Source: Vitreimonas sp. (GTDB lineage Bacteria; Patescibacteriota; Microgenomatia; UBA1400; PJMF01). Taken from it: a stretch of DNA of 64,000 nt. Each line of letters opens with the position of its first letter. The first letter of the stretch is position 1. The notes beneath the pieces were generated by a model, which was given only the letters and a program-made list of their open reading frames with translations, did not search any database and was not told the DNA's origin. Positions 27,499-37,866 of this stretch are shown here, in pieces. The DNA lies in the NCBI GenBank assembly GCA_035627515.1, contig DASPLQ010000012.1, forward strand, positions 1,344,517 through 1,408,516, given 5' to 3'. A program made the translations under genes and the position numbers.

Positions 27499-28308
27499 AT
27501 GCCACACCTTCAGGATTTTAAAGCCTTACTCTTTGATGTCGATGGCACACTAACCAACACTCAAAATACGCTCACCACTCAAACTATTAGTGCCCTGGAG
27601 CGCCTGCAAGCCGAAGGCTACATCGTGGGAGTATGCACCGGTAAATCTTGGGTGGCACTCCAAGCTAAAATCTTACCTCATTTCCAAGATGACTCGCTCC
27701 ACGTTACTTCTGGTGGTTCCCAAATCTGTACCAAAGCTGGGGAGATTAAGTGGCAGAAAGTCATTGATCATGAAGTGGCGCAACAGATGGGTCAGGCGAT
27801 GTTAGCTAATCACGTAGAGTTTCTGGTCATCAAACACAACGCCGTTTACATTCCACCTTCACGGTTAGATCACTTTGTCCGTCATCCATTCAAAGTCCCG
27901 TTTAAACTGCTCGATGAAATTGAAGACTGGTCCACCAGCCAATTTGTCATTTATAACTACACCACAGAGGTCGAAGCGGTGATCAAACCGTTTTTGCCCG
28001 ACCTCAATTTAAAGCTGATGCCCAATCATCCTTCGGGAGGCACGTTAGTAGACGTCACACCCGTCGGTGTCAATAAAGCTCTGGGCGTCCAAAAATGGTG
28101 TAAGCTCATGGATATGCACCCAGATGAGATTATTGGGTTTGGGGATAGTGAAAATGATCTTGAATTCTTCACCCAGGTCGGTTACGCTGTGGCCATGGGG
28201 AACGCCAAACCCAGTATTAAAGAGATTGCCAATCGCGTTATTGGCCACACCGATGAAAATGGTCTTGCTCGTTATTTAACAACCGTGCTTGAAGGAGCAC
28301 CTTTATGA
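27499..28308 (+). CDS. Cof-type HAD hydrolase
   Basis: FDVDGTL, CTGK, VNKALG, FGDSEND, VAMGNA. Confidence 0.92.
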   Translation: MPHLQDFKALLFDVDGTLTNTQNTLTTQTISALERLQAEGYIVGVCTGKSWVALQAKILPHFQDDSLHVTSGGSQICTKAGEIKWQKVIDHEVAQQMGQAMLANHVEFLVIKHNAVYIPPSRLDHFVRHPFKVPFKLLDEIEDWSTSQFVIYNYTTEVEAVIKPFLPDLNLKLMPNHPSGGTLVDVTPVGVNKALGVQKWCKLMDMHPDEIIGFGDSENDLEFFTQVGYAVAMGNAKPSIKEIANRVIGHTDENGLARYLTTVLEGAPL

Positions 28309-29387
28309 CAACTTCACTCCCTTTACTAGATAATCGCGAAGAAATCGCCAAATTAGACGTTAGTAATGCTTTGGGCTCAATCGAACAGCTGGGGAGCCAA
28401 GTACAACAGATTTGGGAAGAAGCCGCTAAGCTACAGGTAGATCCTTCATACGCTGAGATTACTAGTGTGGTGGTAGCAGGTATGGGTGGCTCCGCTTTAG
28501 GGACACATGTCATCCAAACTGTTTTCAAAGAAGAATTAAAAGTGCCCGTTTTAATTGCTCCTGATTACAGTGTGCCAAATTTTGTAAATGAAAAAACCTT
28601 AGTCATCGCCTCCAGCTATTCCGGTACTACTGAAGAAACGTTAGCAGCAGTAGTCGACGCCCAACAAAAAGGCGCCAAAATTGCCGGCATTACCTCTGGC
28701 GGAAAATTAGCTGAGTTTTTGAAAGCCAATAACTACCCAGCCTTAGTTTTTGATCCTGTTTACAATCCCTGTAAATCTCCTCGGATGGCTTTAGGCTACT
28801 CAGTCTTTGGCCAAATTGCTCTGTTTGCGAAAGTGGGCTTATTAAATGTCACTGAAGCAGAGTATCAAGGTGTCATGAACGCCATTTCGCAAGCTCATTT
28901 AGAGTTTAGCGCCAACGTGGACCAAAATAGCAATCAAGCTAAGTTGCTTGCTTTTGAACTTCATGATCGAGTGCCAGTGGTTACCATCAGTGAACATCTG
29001 GAAGGTGTAGCTCACGTTTTTGCTAACCAGCTCAATGAAAATTCTAAAACCTTTGCTGAGTACCGTGTGGTGCCTGAACTCAATCATCACCTCATGGAAG
29101 GTTTGCAGTTTCCTAAAAACAATGAACATAATTTATTATTCGTGACTGCTCACTCAGATCTATATGGGACCAGCAATCAACGACGAATGGAGCTCACCGA
29201 ACAAGTTTTAGAACAGAACCACATCGAATATCGAACGTATCAAGCTAAAGCTGCCACCAAACTAGAACAAGCCTTTGAGTTTCTGGTCTTTGGCTCGTAT
29301 ACCAGTTTCTATCTAGCGCTCTTAAACAATCAGAATCCTACTCCCAATCCTTGGGTTGATTGGTTCAAGGCTGAATTAAAAAAGTAA
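28305..29387 (+). CDS. Bifunctional phosphoglucose/phosphomannose isomerase (SIS)
   Basis: GMGGS, SYSG.TEET, PR.A, NENSK, PELNHH. Confidence 0.9.
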   Translation: MTTSLPLLDNREEIAKLDVSNALGSIEQLGSQVQQIWEEAAKLQVDPSYAEITSVVVAGMGGSALGTHVIQTVFKEELKVPVLIAPDYSVPNFVNEKTLVIASSYSGTTEETLAAVVDAQQKGAKIAGITSGGKLAEFLKANNYPALVFDPVYNPCKSPRMALGYSVFGQIALFAKVGLLNVTEAEYQGVMNAISQAHLEFSANVDQNSNQAKLLAFELHDRVPVVTISEHLEGVAHVFANQLNENSKTFAEYRVVPELNHHLMEGLQFPKNNEHNLLFVTAHSDLYGTSNQRRMELTEQVLEQNHIEYRTYQAKAATKLEQAFEFLVFGSYTSFYLALLNNQNPTPNPWVDWFKAELKK

Positions 29388-29412
29388 TAACTTAATCACG
29401 GCAAAGGTCTTC

Positions 29413-30588
29413 ATGCACGGTGCGTATTACGTCGTTCCATTGTTAATTAATCAACCAACCTGGGGTGGTACTTACATTGCTGATTTTAAAACCGTCACCG
29501 AACCCAGTGTTGCCGATAAAAAAATTGGCCAATCCTTCGAGCTGTTTGATGGCTCGTGGCTGGCCCCGGGGATGACGGACCAGCTGCCATTTGCCTTCGC
29601 CGAAGCGACTGATTTAGATCATCCAGCTTTCTTTAATACTCCCGATGCGACTCAATTACTGAAGATCCAAACCTTAATTGATACTGATCCCACTGCAGTC
29701 CTGGGATCACGATCTGTCAGTAAGTTTGGGGCCGGGATGAAAACGTTAATTAAATTTACCCAGGCTCAAAATAACTCGTATCAAGTCCACGTGGAACCTG
29801 GCAAAACCGTGGGACACTGGCAAGCCAAACCTGAATCGTGGTATTACTTTGAGGATGGTTACGTAACTTTAGGCCTCAAGCCAGGGGTAAACGTCACGGA
29901 GTATCAGCAGCGCAGTCATGAAATTGATGCCTATGCCCGCCAGTTAAGCGAACAAATCAAAGCTGATGCCTTGAGCGTCGCCGACGCACGGCAACAATTA
30001 AAAGCGTTCATCGACCAAGATCATCCCCGCCGGTTTGTTAATTTTGTGTCAATCAAAAAAGATCAAATTGTCGATTTGAGTGCCTGTGGGATACATCACT
30101 CGTGGGAAATTCATCCTGACTTACCGCTCGGGAACATCGTTTATGAAGTTCAAGTGGACGTCAAAGATGAAAACTGCACGCTACGTTCCTTTGATCAAGG
30201 CAATATTAAAGATAATGGCGCTGTCAGGCCGCTCAGTATCGATGAGTACTTCCAGGCTTTGAACACCAGCCCCGAACACAACCAACCCGAAAAATACTTT
30301 ACCACCGCCCAAGCTCGCACTGAGGGCACAGCGCGCATCACACGCCTGTTTGACAGCGAGTATTACAAAACTGATTTAGTGGAGTTCTCTGGAGCTTACA
30401 CCGGGACAGCCACCACCTTGCAAGACACTTTTCATCATGTCTTTGTGAAGAGTGGTGCCATCACGATCACTGCTCAAGGTGAAAACTACCCCGTAGCGAA
30501 AGGTTGGTCAGTGTTTATTCCCGCGGCAACAGGCCAGTACCAACTGACAGCCACTGAACCAAGTCTGGTGCTAACCACGAGCGTCTAA
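29413..30588 (+). CDS. Mannose-6-phosphate isomerase-like cupin
   Basis: P.WGG, LIKF, QVH, KPESWY, GIHH, YEVQ. Confidence 0.75.
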   Translation: MHGAYYVVPLLINQPTWGGTYIADFKTVTEPSVADKKIGQSFELFDGSWLAPGMTDQLPFAFAEATDLDHPAFFNTPDATQLLKIQTLIDTDPTAVLGSRSVSKFGAGMKTLIKFTQAQNNSYQVHVEPGKTVGHWQAKPESWYYFEDGYVTLGLKPGVNVTEYQQRSHEIDAYARQLSEQIKADALSVADARQQLKAFIDQDHPRRFVNFVSIKKDQIVDLSACGIHHSWEIHPDLPLGNIVYEVQVDVKDENCTLRSFDQGNIKDNGAVRPLSIDEYFQALNTSPEHNQPEKYFTTAQARTEGTARITRLFDSEYYKTDLVEFSGAYTGTATTLQDTFHHVFVKSGAITITAQGENYPVAKGWSVFIPAATGQYQLTATEPSLVLTTSV

Positions 30589-30651
30589 GTAGCTGCCATA
30601 AATATCTTTCACACCTTTTCACCCTCTTGGCATTTAGAGTAGGATAAAAGA

Positions 30652-31791
30652 GTGTCAATTCCTGCCCTGATTTATCTAGCCGATTACTCAACCTATCCGA
30701 GTGGTACGATTGGTAGAGCGGCCAAGCAGCTAGGGGAAATTGTAGGGAGTGATTTCCAGCTCCCACCCAGTTTTTTAATTCCGAGTAGTACTTTATTTCA
30801 AATTCAGAAGGGCCAGTTTCCCAAGCCAATTGCCCTAGAAATTCTCAAGGCCTACCATGAGTACCTCCACCACGGTTTCGTACAGATTCGCCCTAGTTAT
30901 ATCGTCAAAGCTGAAACCGCGGCTTTCGAACAAAACATTCACGGCGATACTAATTTATTAGAATCAATTGTGGAGTGTGCTAAGTTTAGTGGCTTGACTC
31001 CGCTCATCATTGAGTACCAACCTCAGGCTCAGGTCGCAGGCAAAATCTATACCTGTCATCCGCACACCCATAGTAAAGCCACCCTGATCGTCGAAGCTGC
31101 CTGGGGCGTGTACAGTGATGAACAACCAGCTGATGTCTTTGAGATCGATGTCAGAACGTGGCATATCACGGGCCGGATGATCGCTACTAAATCTACGCAC
31201 TTAACCCGTCAGCTCAATGACATAACTCCTAAAACGGTTGCTCAATGTGATCAATCTTTACCTTGCTTAGCAGACAAAGACATCATCACCATTGCCAAAG
31301 GTGCTTATCACCTCAAACAACGCTATCCACACCACTTAGTAGTAGAGTTTAGTCAAGAAAAAACTCAGTTCTTTATTACCGACTTCCAAGAGCTGCAGTT
31401 ACAAGAAAAAATCCCCACCCATCCTTTACCACTCCCACCAGCCACCACTAAACAACCTACGGTATATCGACCAAAAATTGTGGGCAAGACCTTACAAATG
31501 GGCAAAGTTACTGGCCTTTGTCGGGTGGTGACTAGTAAGGCTGATCGCCAAGCACTCCAAACTGGTGAAATTGTAGTCGTGGAACGAGGCACCTATCACT
31601 TACTCCCCACACTGGCAAAAGCCTCAGCCATTATTAGTGAAAAACGCATCACTTCACCCACGTTGCTCAAAGCTATCAAAGCGTATGGCGTACCCACATT
31701 ATCACCAGCCCCCAAAGCCACACAGGTTTTACACACCCACCAACGCGTCTTACTTCACACCATTACACCAGATCATGGTATAGTGGTATAG
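30652..31791 (+). CDS. Degenerate PEP synthase/PPDK-like protein (partial nucleotide-binding domain plus swivel domain)
   Basis: PPSFLI, VEAAWG, G.VTG.CRVV, GEIVV, ASAIISE; the phospho-His motif is replaced by ITSPT. Confidence 0.65.
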   Translation: MSIPALIYLADYSTYPSGTIGRAAKQLGEIVGSDFQLPPSFLIPSSTLFQIQKGQFPKPIALEILKAYHEYLHHGFVQIRPSYIVKAETAAFEQNIHGDTNLLESIVECAKFSGLTPLIIEYQPQAQVAGKIYTCHPHTHSKATLIVEAAWGVYSDEQPADVFEIDVRTWHITGRMIATKSTHLTRQLNDITPKTVAQCDQSLPCLADKDIITIAKGAYHLKQRYPHHLVVEFSQEKTQFFITDFQELQLQEKIPTHPLPLPPATTKQPTVYRPKIVGKTLQMGKVTGLCRVVTSKADRQALQTGEIVVVERGTYHLLPTLAKASAIISEKRITSPTLLKAIKAYGVPTLSPAPKATQVLHTHQRVLLHTITPDHGIVV

Positions 31792-31793
31792 CT

Positions 31794-33071
31794 ATGGCAA
31801 GTATCCAAGGTTTATATGGCCGTGAAATTCTTGATTCCCGAGGTTTGCCCACGGTTGAGTGTACACTTTGGCTCGATACTGGCGCCGTCGTTGTCACCAG
31901 CGTACCCTCCGGAACTTCCAAAGGTAAAAATGAAGCTCTTGAATTACGGGATAATGACTCCAACTGGATGTGGGGCCATGGCGTCACTCAAGCTGTCAAT
32001 AATTTAAATACTGTCATTGCTCCTGCCTTGATCGGCAAAGATCCCACTCAACAAGAAGAAATTGATCAACTCTTAATCAGCTTGGATGGGACTCCCAACA
32101 AAAGCAAGCTCGGTGCCAACAGTTTATTAGCCGCTTCCCAAGCCGTACTCAAAGCTGCTGCGGCCAGCGTCAATCAACCGTTATATTACTATATTCAACA
32201 AAAGTATCAGTTAGCGGCTACCCTTGATATGCCGAGCTGTATTTACTGTTTAATTAATGGCGGTGAACACGGCGCTGACAACCTTGACATTCAAGAGTTC
32301 CACATCATTCCTGCTAGTCACACTGATTATCCTACGTCACTCAACATGGCGGTGTTGTTATTTCATAACTTAGAAGAGGTTTTGATCGCCAAAGGGGCCA
32401 TTCACTCAGTGGGTCTACAAGGCGGATTTGCCCCTAATTTATACAATAACACTGACGCTTTTGAAATTTTAATTGAAACCATCAAAACTTCTCCCTATAC
32501 CTTTGCCCAAGATTTATTTTTTGGCGTCGATATCGCCGCATCTGGATTGTTTCAAGCAGGAAAATACCACCTCAAAGACAAAACTCAAGCCTACAACACT
32601 CAAGAATTAATTGAGTACTACAAATCGATGCGCAATTTATATCGCGTGTTTTATATCGAGGATCCCTTTGAGGATAATGACGAAGCTGGGTGGGAAGCCT
32701 TGACTAGTGAAATGGGCGAAACCACTTTGATTGTTGGTGATGACTTACTCGTTACGAATAAGGCCAAAACCCAGCATGCAATCGATAAAAAGCTATGTAA
32801 TGCTATTTTAATCAAACCCAACCAGGTAGGAACGATCACCGAAACTATTGATGTCACCAAGCTCGCTCGTGAAGCTGGTTGGCAAATCGTGATCTCTCAC
32901 CGGAGTGGTGAGACAGGCGACGACTTCATTGCTGATTTTGCGGTGGGAGTGGGTGCGGAATACGTCAAGTTTGGTCCGGCTAATCGTGGTGAACGCGTAG
33001 CTAAGTACAATCGATTATTACAAATCAACGCTGAGCTCGCCCAAATGAACCAGCCATCTGCCAATGTCTGA
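31794..33071 (+). CDS. eno: Enolase
   Basis: REILDSRG.PTVE, VPSG.S.G..EA.ELRD, LIKPNQ.GT, SHRSGET, ERVAKYNRL. Confidence 0.97.
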   Translation: MASIQGLYGREILDSRGLPTVECTLWLDTGAVVVTSVPSGTSKGKNEALELRDNDSNWMWGHGVTQAVNNLNTVIAPALIGKDPTQQEEIDQLLISLDGTPNKSKLGANSLLAASQAVLKAAAASVNQPLYYYIQQKYQLAATLDMPSCIYCLINGGEHGADNLDIQEFHIIPASHTDYPTSLNMAVLLFHNLEEVLIAKGAIHSVGLQGGFAPNLYNNTDAFEILIETIKTSPYTFAQDLFFGVDIAASGLFQAGKYHLKDKTQAYNTQELIEYYKSMRNLYRVFYIEDPFEDNDEAGWEALTSEMGETTLIVGDDLLVTNKAKTQHAIDKKLCNAILIKPNQVGTITETIDVTKLAREAGWQIVISHRSGETGDDFIADFAVGVGAEYVKFGPANRGERVAKYNRLLQINAELAQMNQPSANV

Positions 33072-34761
33072 TCAGACCTTTACCCCTCAGCCACAACTTT
33101 CTGGTGCACCCTTCACCGACACTCATCCTCGTCAGCAGTACCGCGGTCAAAAACCAATGGTGTTGTTAGTGCTCGATGGGTGGGGGATTGGTCCTAATAA
33201 TGCCGGTAATGCCATCGCTCGAGCCCACACTCCTAACATGGATAAGTTTTGGTTGACGTTTCCCCATACACAGTTAGCAGCTAGTGGTGAAGCCGTGGGA
33301 TTACCGCGCAGCGAAGATGGCAATACCGAGACCGGCCATTTAAATATCGGCGCTGGGAGTATTGTGTATCAGGATTTGCCGCGAATTAATATGTCGATTG
33401 CTGACGGCACGTTCAACATCAACCCCGCCTTTCAAAATACGTTCAACCACGTCAAAGCCCATAACTCCACGTTACACTTGATGGGTTTAATTGGTGCGGG
33501 GGGCGTCCACTCTAACATCGAACATTTATATGCTTTATTAAACTTATGCAAAGCCCAAAGTATTCCTCGTGTTTTTATTCATGGTTTTACAGATGGGCGC
33601 GACTCGCCACCAACGTCCGGCATTACATATGTGCAACAAATTATGGATTTATGCCATAAGTTGGGAGTAGGGGAGCTGGCGAGTCTCACAGGTCGTTACT
33701 ATGCGATGGATCGTGACAAGCGGTGGGAACGCGTGGAAAAAGCGTATAACATGTTGACCATGGGAACCGGCTCATGCACTCAAGATCCCATTGCGGCAAT
33801 GCAAGCTCAGTACGCTCAAAATATTACTGACGAATTTATCGAACCGATTACTATTTGCAACGCCGATGGCACCCCTCGGGTCGTCAATGATAATGATGCC
33901 ATCATCTTTTTTAATTACCGGATTGACCGGCCACGCGAGCTGACCAAAGCCTTTGTACTGCCCAACTTTGAGTCAGGTATTACCGATGAGGGCTTCGATC
34001 CGTACTCTATTAAGTATGAAAAAACGCACTTAAAACAAGCCGTGGGTGGTTCTACGTTTCAACGCCAAAAATTAGTTCACAATTTGTACTTCACCACGAT
34101 GACTCGCTACGAAGAAGGCCTACCCGTAGACGTAGCCTTTCCGCCTCAATTTATTAAAAATCCTATTTGTAAAGTGTTTGCTGATCATGGTTTGAAACAA
34201 CTGCGGATGGCTGAAACCGAAAAAGAGCGCTTTGTGACGTACTACATGAATGGGCAACAAGAAACTATTTATCCCGGCGAAGACCGAGTTATCATTCCTT
34301 CTAAGGGCGCTAAATCATATGATCAGGTGCCTGATATGAGCGCTCGCGAGCTGGGTGCTGAAATGATTAAACGCATTCAAGGTGGAGACTATGACGTGAT
34401 TGTTGCCAACTTCGCCAATGCCGACATGGTGGCACACACCGGCAACTTAGAGGCCACTATTCAAGCCTGCCAAACATTAGATGAAGTCGTGGGTCAAATC
34501 GTCAAAGAAGTCTTTGCGCGTGACGGCGTGGTTTTAATTACTGCTGACCATGGCAATGCCGAAGAACTGATCAATAACACCACCGGCGAAGTCGATACCG
34601 AGCACTCCATTTATCCCGTACCTTTTATTATCATCGGGAAACAATTCATGGGCAAATCCACGATGCTCCCCACCGGCATCCTTGCCGACGTCGCCCCCAC
34701 CATGCTTAATATCATGGGCATTCCTAAACCTGAGACGATGACGGGCAGAGCGTTGGTGTAA
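33064..34761 (+). CDS. gpmI: 2,3-BPG-independent phosphoglycerate mutase
   Basis: VLDGWG, GN(T)E.GH, GGVHS, DGRD, AETEK, NAD.V.HTG, TADHGNAE. Confidence 0.96.
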   Translation: MSDQTFTPQPQLSGAPFTDTHPRQQYRGQKPMVLLVLDGWGIGPNNAGNAIARAHTPNMDKFWLTFPHTQLAASGEAVGLPRSEDGNTETGHLNIGAGSIVYQDLPRINMSIADGTFNINPAFQNTFNHVKAHNSTLHLMGLIGAGGVHSNIEHLYALLNLCKAQSIPRVFIHGFTDGRDSPPTSGITYVQQIMDLCHKLGVGELASLTGRYYAMDRDKRWERVEKAYNMLTMGTGSCTQDPIAAMQAQYAQNITDEFIEPITICNADGTPRVVNDNDAIIFFNYRIDRPRELTKAFVLPNFESGITDEGFDPYSIKYEKTHLKQAVGGSTFQRQKLVHNLYFTTMTRYEEGLPVDVAFPPQFIKNPICKVFADHGLKQLRMAETEKERFVTYYMNGQQETIYPGEDRVIIPSKGAKSYDQVPDMSARELGAEMIKRIQGGDYDVIVANFANADMVAHTGNLEATIQACQTLDEVVGQIVKEVFARDGVVLITADHGNAEELINNTTGEVDTEHSIYPVPFIIIGKQFMGKSTMLPTGILADVAPTMLNIMGIPKPETMTGRALV

Positions 34762-34796
34762 GTAAATAGTACAATATAGAAATAAAGAAACCTTCT

Positions 34797-35882
34797 ATGG
34801 AAAGAACTGCTCCTTTACCTTTTCCCGAACTGGAAGCTAAACAATTGTCGTTGCACGAAAAAGTCTTACTCAAAGCCATTGCTGAAGGTTATCAGACTGG
34901 AGCTTTCGCCGGTGCTTTTGATAATAAATCTATTAGTTATAAGCTCAACTCAGCAGGAAGCAGGGTGCACGATTCTGACATCAGTGGGGTTAATATTGAA
35001 CAACTGGTTAAAGCCTTCAAAAAAGATCCTAAAGTGGCAGCGGCTATTTGTCGCAACAATCTTTTGGCAATCATGAGAGATCCTCAAGAAAAGAATCTTG
35101 AAGAAAAACGAGGCCGATTGAGTCGTTATTACGATGCGTATGTTTCATTAACCGTCAAGCTCGATAAAGCTGCTTTTCCTCCCCAATCACCATTATCGGA
35201 GGCACAAAGTGGTGTACCCACTTATATTCCGGATGGCTTGAGTGACATGGGCTCTGATAAACAAGTTAATCCTGCACTGCGTACTAGAGAAAAAATTAGA
35301 GTTAATAAAAAAGAAGTTTTAACTGAATCCAAAGCTTTCTTCTTGGAATTGCTGGAAGAACTAGGTCTCAATCCTGAACTTCAGGCCGATGGTGATCCGG
35401 CTAAGCTTGAAAAACTTAAGATTCAAATAGTTAAAAAAATTGCCAACTATCTTTACAAACGGGTTAAATACAATCATGCCCAAACAATACCGGCTGCAGC
35501 TCAAGTCCGATCGGTAGGGATTGTGGAGTTCTTCGATAGTGGCGTTTGTCGCCATATCGCCATGCTTGCTCAAATCTTATACCAGTTTATGGGAATTACT
35601 TCTCGGGTCTTTAAAAATGACATGAATGATGAACCACATGTCTCCAACTTTTTGCGGCTTAATGGTGAGTGGAATATTATTGATGTCACTAATCCTATTT
35701 ATAAAAATCCTGATGATGATACCTTTATTTTTGGTGGCATGAAAATTCAAAATCCGGATTCTGTACCTAATGGTCACGAATGGGAATTTACTTTTATTAA
35801 TAAAGAACAACAAGAATTTAAACGTCGCTACCGCTTACGTCAAAATATGTATTATCGAATTTTAGATAACAGCGTTACCTAA
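34797..35882 (+). CDS. Transglutaminase/papain-like domain protein
   Basis: GVCRHIAML..PHVSN..WNIIDVT gives a Cys-His-Asp triad. Confidence 0.65.
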   Translation: MERTAPLPFPELEAKQLSLHEKVLLKAIAEGYQTGAFAGAFDNKSISYKLNSAGSRVHDSDISGVNIEQLVKAFKKDPKVAAAICRNNLLAIMRDPQEKNLEEKRGRLSRYYDAYVSLTVKLDKAAFPPQSPLSEAQSGVPTYIPDGLSDMGSDKQVNPALRTREKIRVNKKEVLTESKAFFLELLEELGLNPELQADGDPAKLEKLKIQIVKKIANYLYKRVKYNHAQTIPAAAQVRSVGIVEFFDSGVCRHIAMLAQILYQFMGITSRVFKNDMNDEPHVSNFLRLNGEWNIIDVTNPIYKNPDDDTFIFGGMKIQNPDSVPNGHEWEFTFINKEQQEFKRRYRLRQNMYYRILDNSVT

Positions 35883-35915
35883 ATCCTCTCTTTATTCTAC
35901 CTTCAAGGATGACCT

Positions 35916-37072
35916 TTATTCTTTTTTCGGGGTCTTAAACACCAAACTCATCACTGGTAACAATCCCAACACAAATAATGCCCCGGGCAATGTGTTATCT
36001 ACCAGTACGCCAATCAAGGGGTTAAAAAAGACTAGCGCCAATCGGCGCAACATCGAGATTGAAGACAATACTGTAGCTCGTTGGTGTGACTCGATGTAAG
36101 CGTTCATTTCTGTGCCGATGTACGTGGCGCGTGTTAAACCAAAGCCGCCAGCCAAAATAATCATCAAAGCCACCGTCAGCAATGAGGGGTAAAGGGCCAC
36201 ACTTAAAAACCCCACCATTACCAACAACGCTGATACCTTTTCATATGACCACACTTTGAACAGCTTTGTCAGTCGCTCAAACTGAGAGGCTACAGCAATT
36301 TGTGCCAGCACCAAAGCTCCATGAATTAAACCAAAATAACCAATCGGGACGTCTAAACTAATTAGTAATGGTTGATACAACCAAATTACAAAATAAGCTG
36401 CGGTAGCAACGATAGTACTATTAATCGCCAAGGACCATAAGTGAGGATGAGTGTATAAATACCGTAATCCTTGCTTAACAATGTGTAGATACCGTTGTGA
36501 CTCTTTAGGGCCAGAATGGGGCTGCGGTTCTTTAAGCGTCAACCCAACCAAGCAGGCACCAAAAAGGGGAATCGCTGAAAAAGCATTGGCGCGTTAAGAG
36601 GGAAATATTCGGCAATTACACCACCTAAACCAGCAGACACAAATAAAGCCGCTAAATGAATTGATTCTGCACGACCAAAAAATTTTTTACTTTCTGCTTC
36701 ATGCCCATGTTCTTTAAGTGTGTCATACAGCCAGGCTTCATCAGCTCCAGAAATTAATGAGGCTGCCACTGCGAATAAAAATTCACCGATTAAGAATACT
36801 GTCAGACTGGGAATACTCCCATACATTAAGACCGCAGCTGTGGACATTAATGCTCCCAAGCCTAATGAATATTTGCGCCCCAGATAATCCGCTACCGCCC
36901 CAGTGGGAACTTCCAAAATGAAAAACCATAACATAAACCATGATTGTAAAAACTGAACTTGTGATTGTGATAACCCTCCCCAATTGAGAAAGAAGGGAAC
37001 TAAAACCGCAGAAAAGAAGTGAAAATCTTTAAGAAACATGAATACGTAATAACGATAGAGTTGAGTTCGCAT
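35916..37072 (-). pseudogene. MFS transporter split by a -1 frameshift in the A5 tract at 36578-36582
   Basis: LEVPTGAVADYLGRKYS and SGADEAWLYD N-half; adding one T gives MLFSAIPLFGACLVGLTLKEP and joins the 35916-36551 C-half. Confidence 0.85.
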
Positions 37073-37170
37073 CAGACTGTGTATTTTAACAGAAGAACGT
37101 GCTTGATTTTTAGTTCTCATCTTACAAAAACAAATTGATCTATTTAGACCATCTAAGATGTAATTGTCAC

Positions 37171-37205
37171 TTCGGCCTTACTTCGGTTACCATGGTTTTA
37201 TTCGG
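37171..37205 (+). promoter_or_regulatory. Candidate LexA operator (TTCGG direct repeats)
   Basis: TTCGG-N6-TTCGG at 37171-37186 and a third TTCGG at 37201, upstream of lexA. Confidence 0.5.
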
Positions 37206-37243
37206 GATTCATACGCCCCAATAAAAAGCGTAAAAGGAGTTTC

Positions 37244-37864
37244 ATGCCGATCACTTTGTACAAACGTCAACGACAGATTGTGGATTTCATTGCTCAATAT
37301 ATTCAGAAAAATGGCTATTCACCCACGCTTCAAGAAATTGCTCAAGCGATTGGGGTGTCATCTTTAGCGACGGTCCATGAACACTTGCAAGCTTTACAAC
37401 GCAAAAAAGTAATTCGTAAATTTGAAGGGGCAGTCCGCGGAATTGAGTTAATCGACCGCACGTTTTTAAAAATGACAGACAGCGTCGATTTGCCTTTATT
37501 AGGCTTCATCGCCGCTGGTTCACCCATCCAGCCCCATACCGATCCCAATGCTACCTTTAAAGTTTCACCTGAACTCGTCAGTAGTAAACACCGCACATAT
37601 GTCCTGCAAGTCAAAGGTAAATCAATGATCGAAGATCACATCGATGATGGTGACTTTGTCGTCATTGCGGAAACCCAAGCTGTTAATAACGGTGACATCG
37701 TCGTAGCATTACTCGACAATGGCCTCGCCACACTGAAACGCTTCTACAAAGAAGTCACTCGTGTCCGCCTCGAGCCCGCCAACTCTACCATGAGTCCTAT
37801 CTACGCTACTAATGTTCAAATCCAAGGTCGTGTCGTTGGCTTGATCCGTAAGTTTAGTTATTAA
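37244..37864 (+). CDS. lexA: LexA repressor
   Basis: GYSPTLQEI wHTH, IAAG cleavage site, VKGKSM serine, ATLKRF lysine. Confidence 0.96.
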   Translation: MPITLYKRQRQIVDFIAQYIQKNGYSPTLQEIAQAIGVSSLATVHEHLQALQRKKVIRKFEGAVRGIELIDRTFLKMTDSVDLPLLGFIAAGSPIQPHTDPNATFKVSPELVSSKHRTYVLQVKGKSMIEDHIDDGDFVVIAETQAVNNGDIVVALLDNGLATLKRFYKEVTRVRLEPANSTMSPIYATNVQIQGRVVGLIRKFSY

Positions 37865-37866
37865 AC

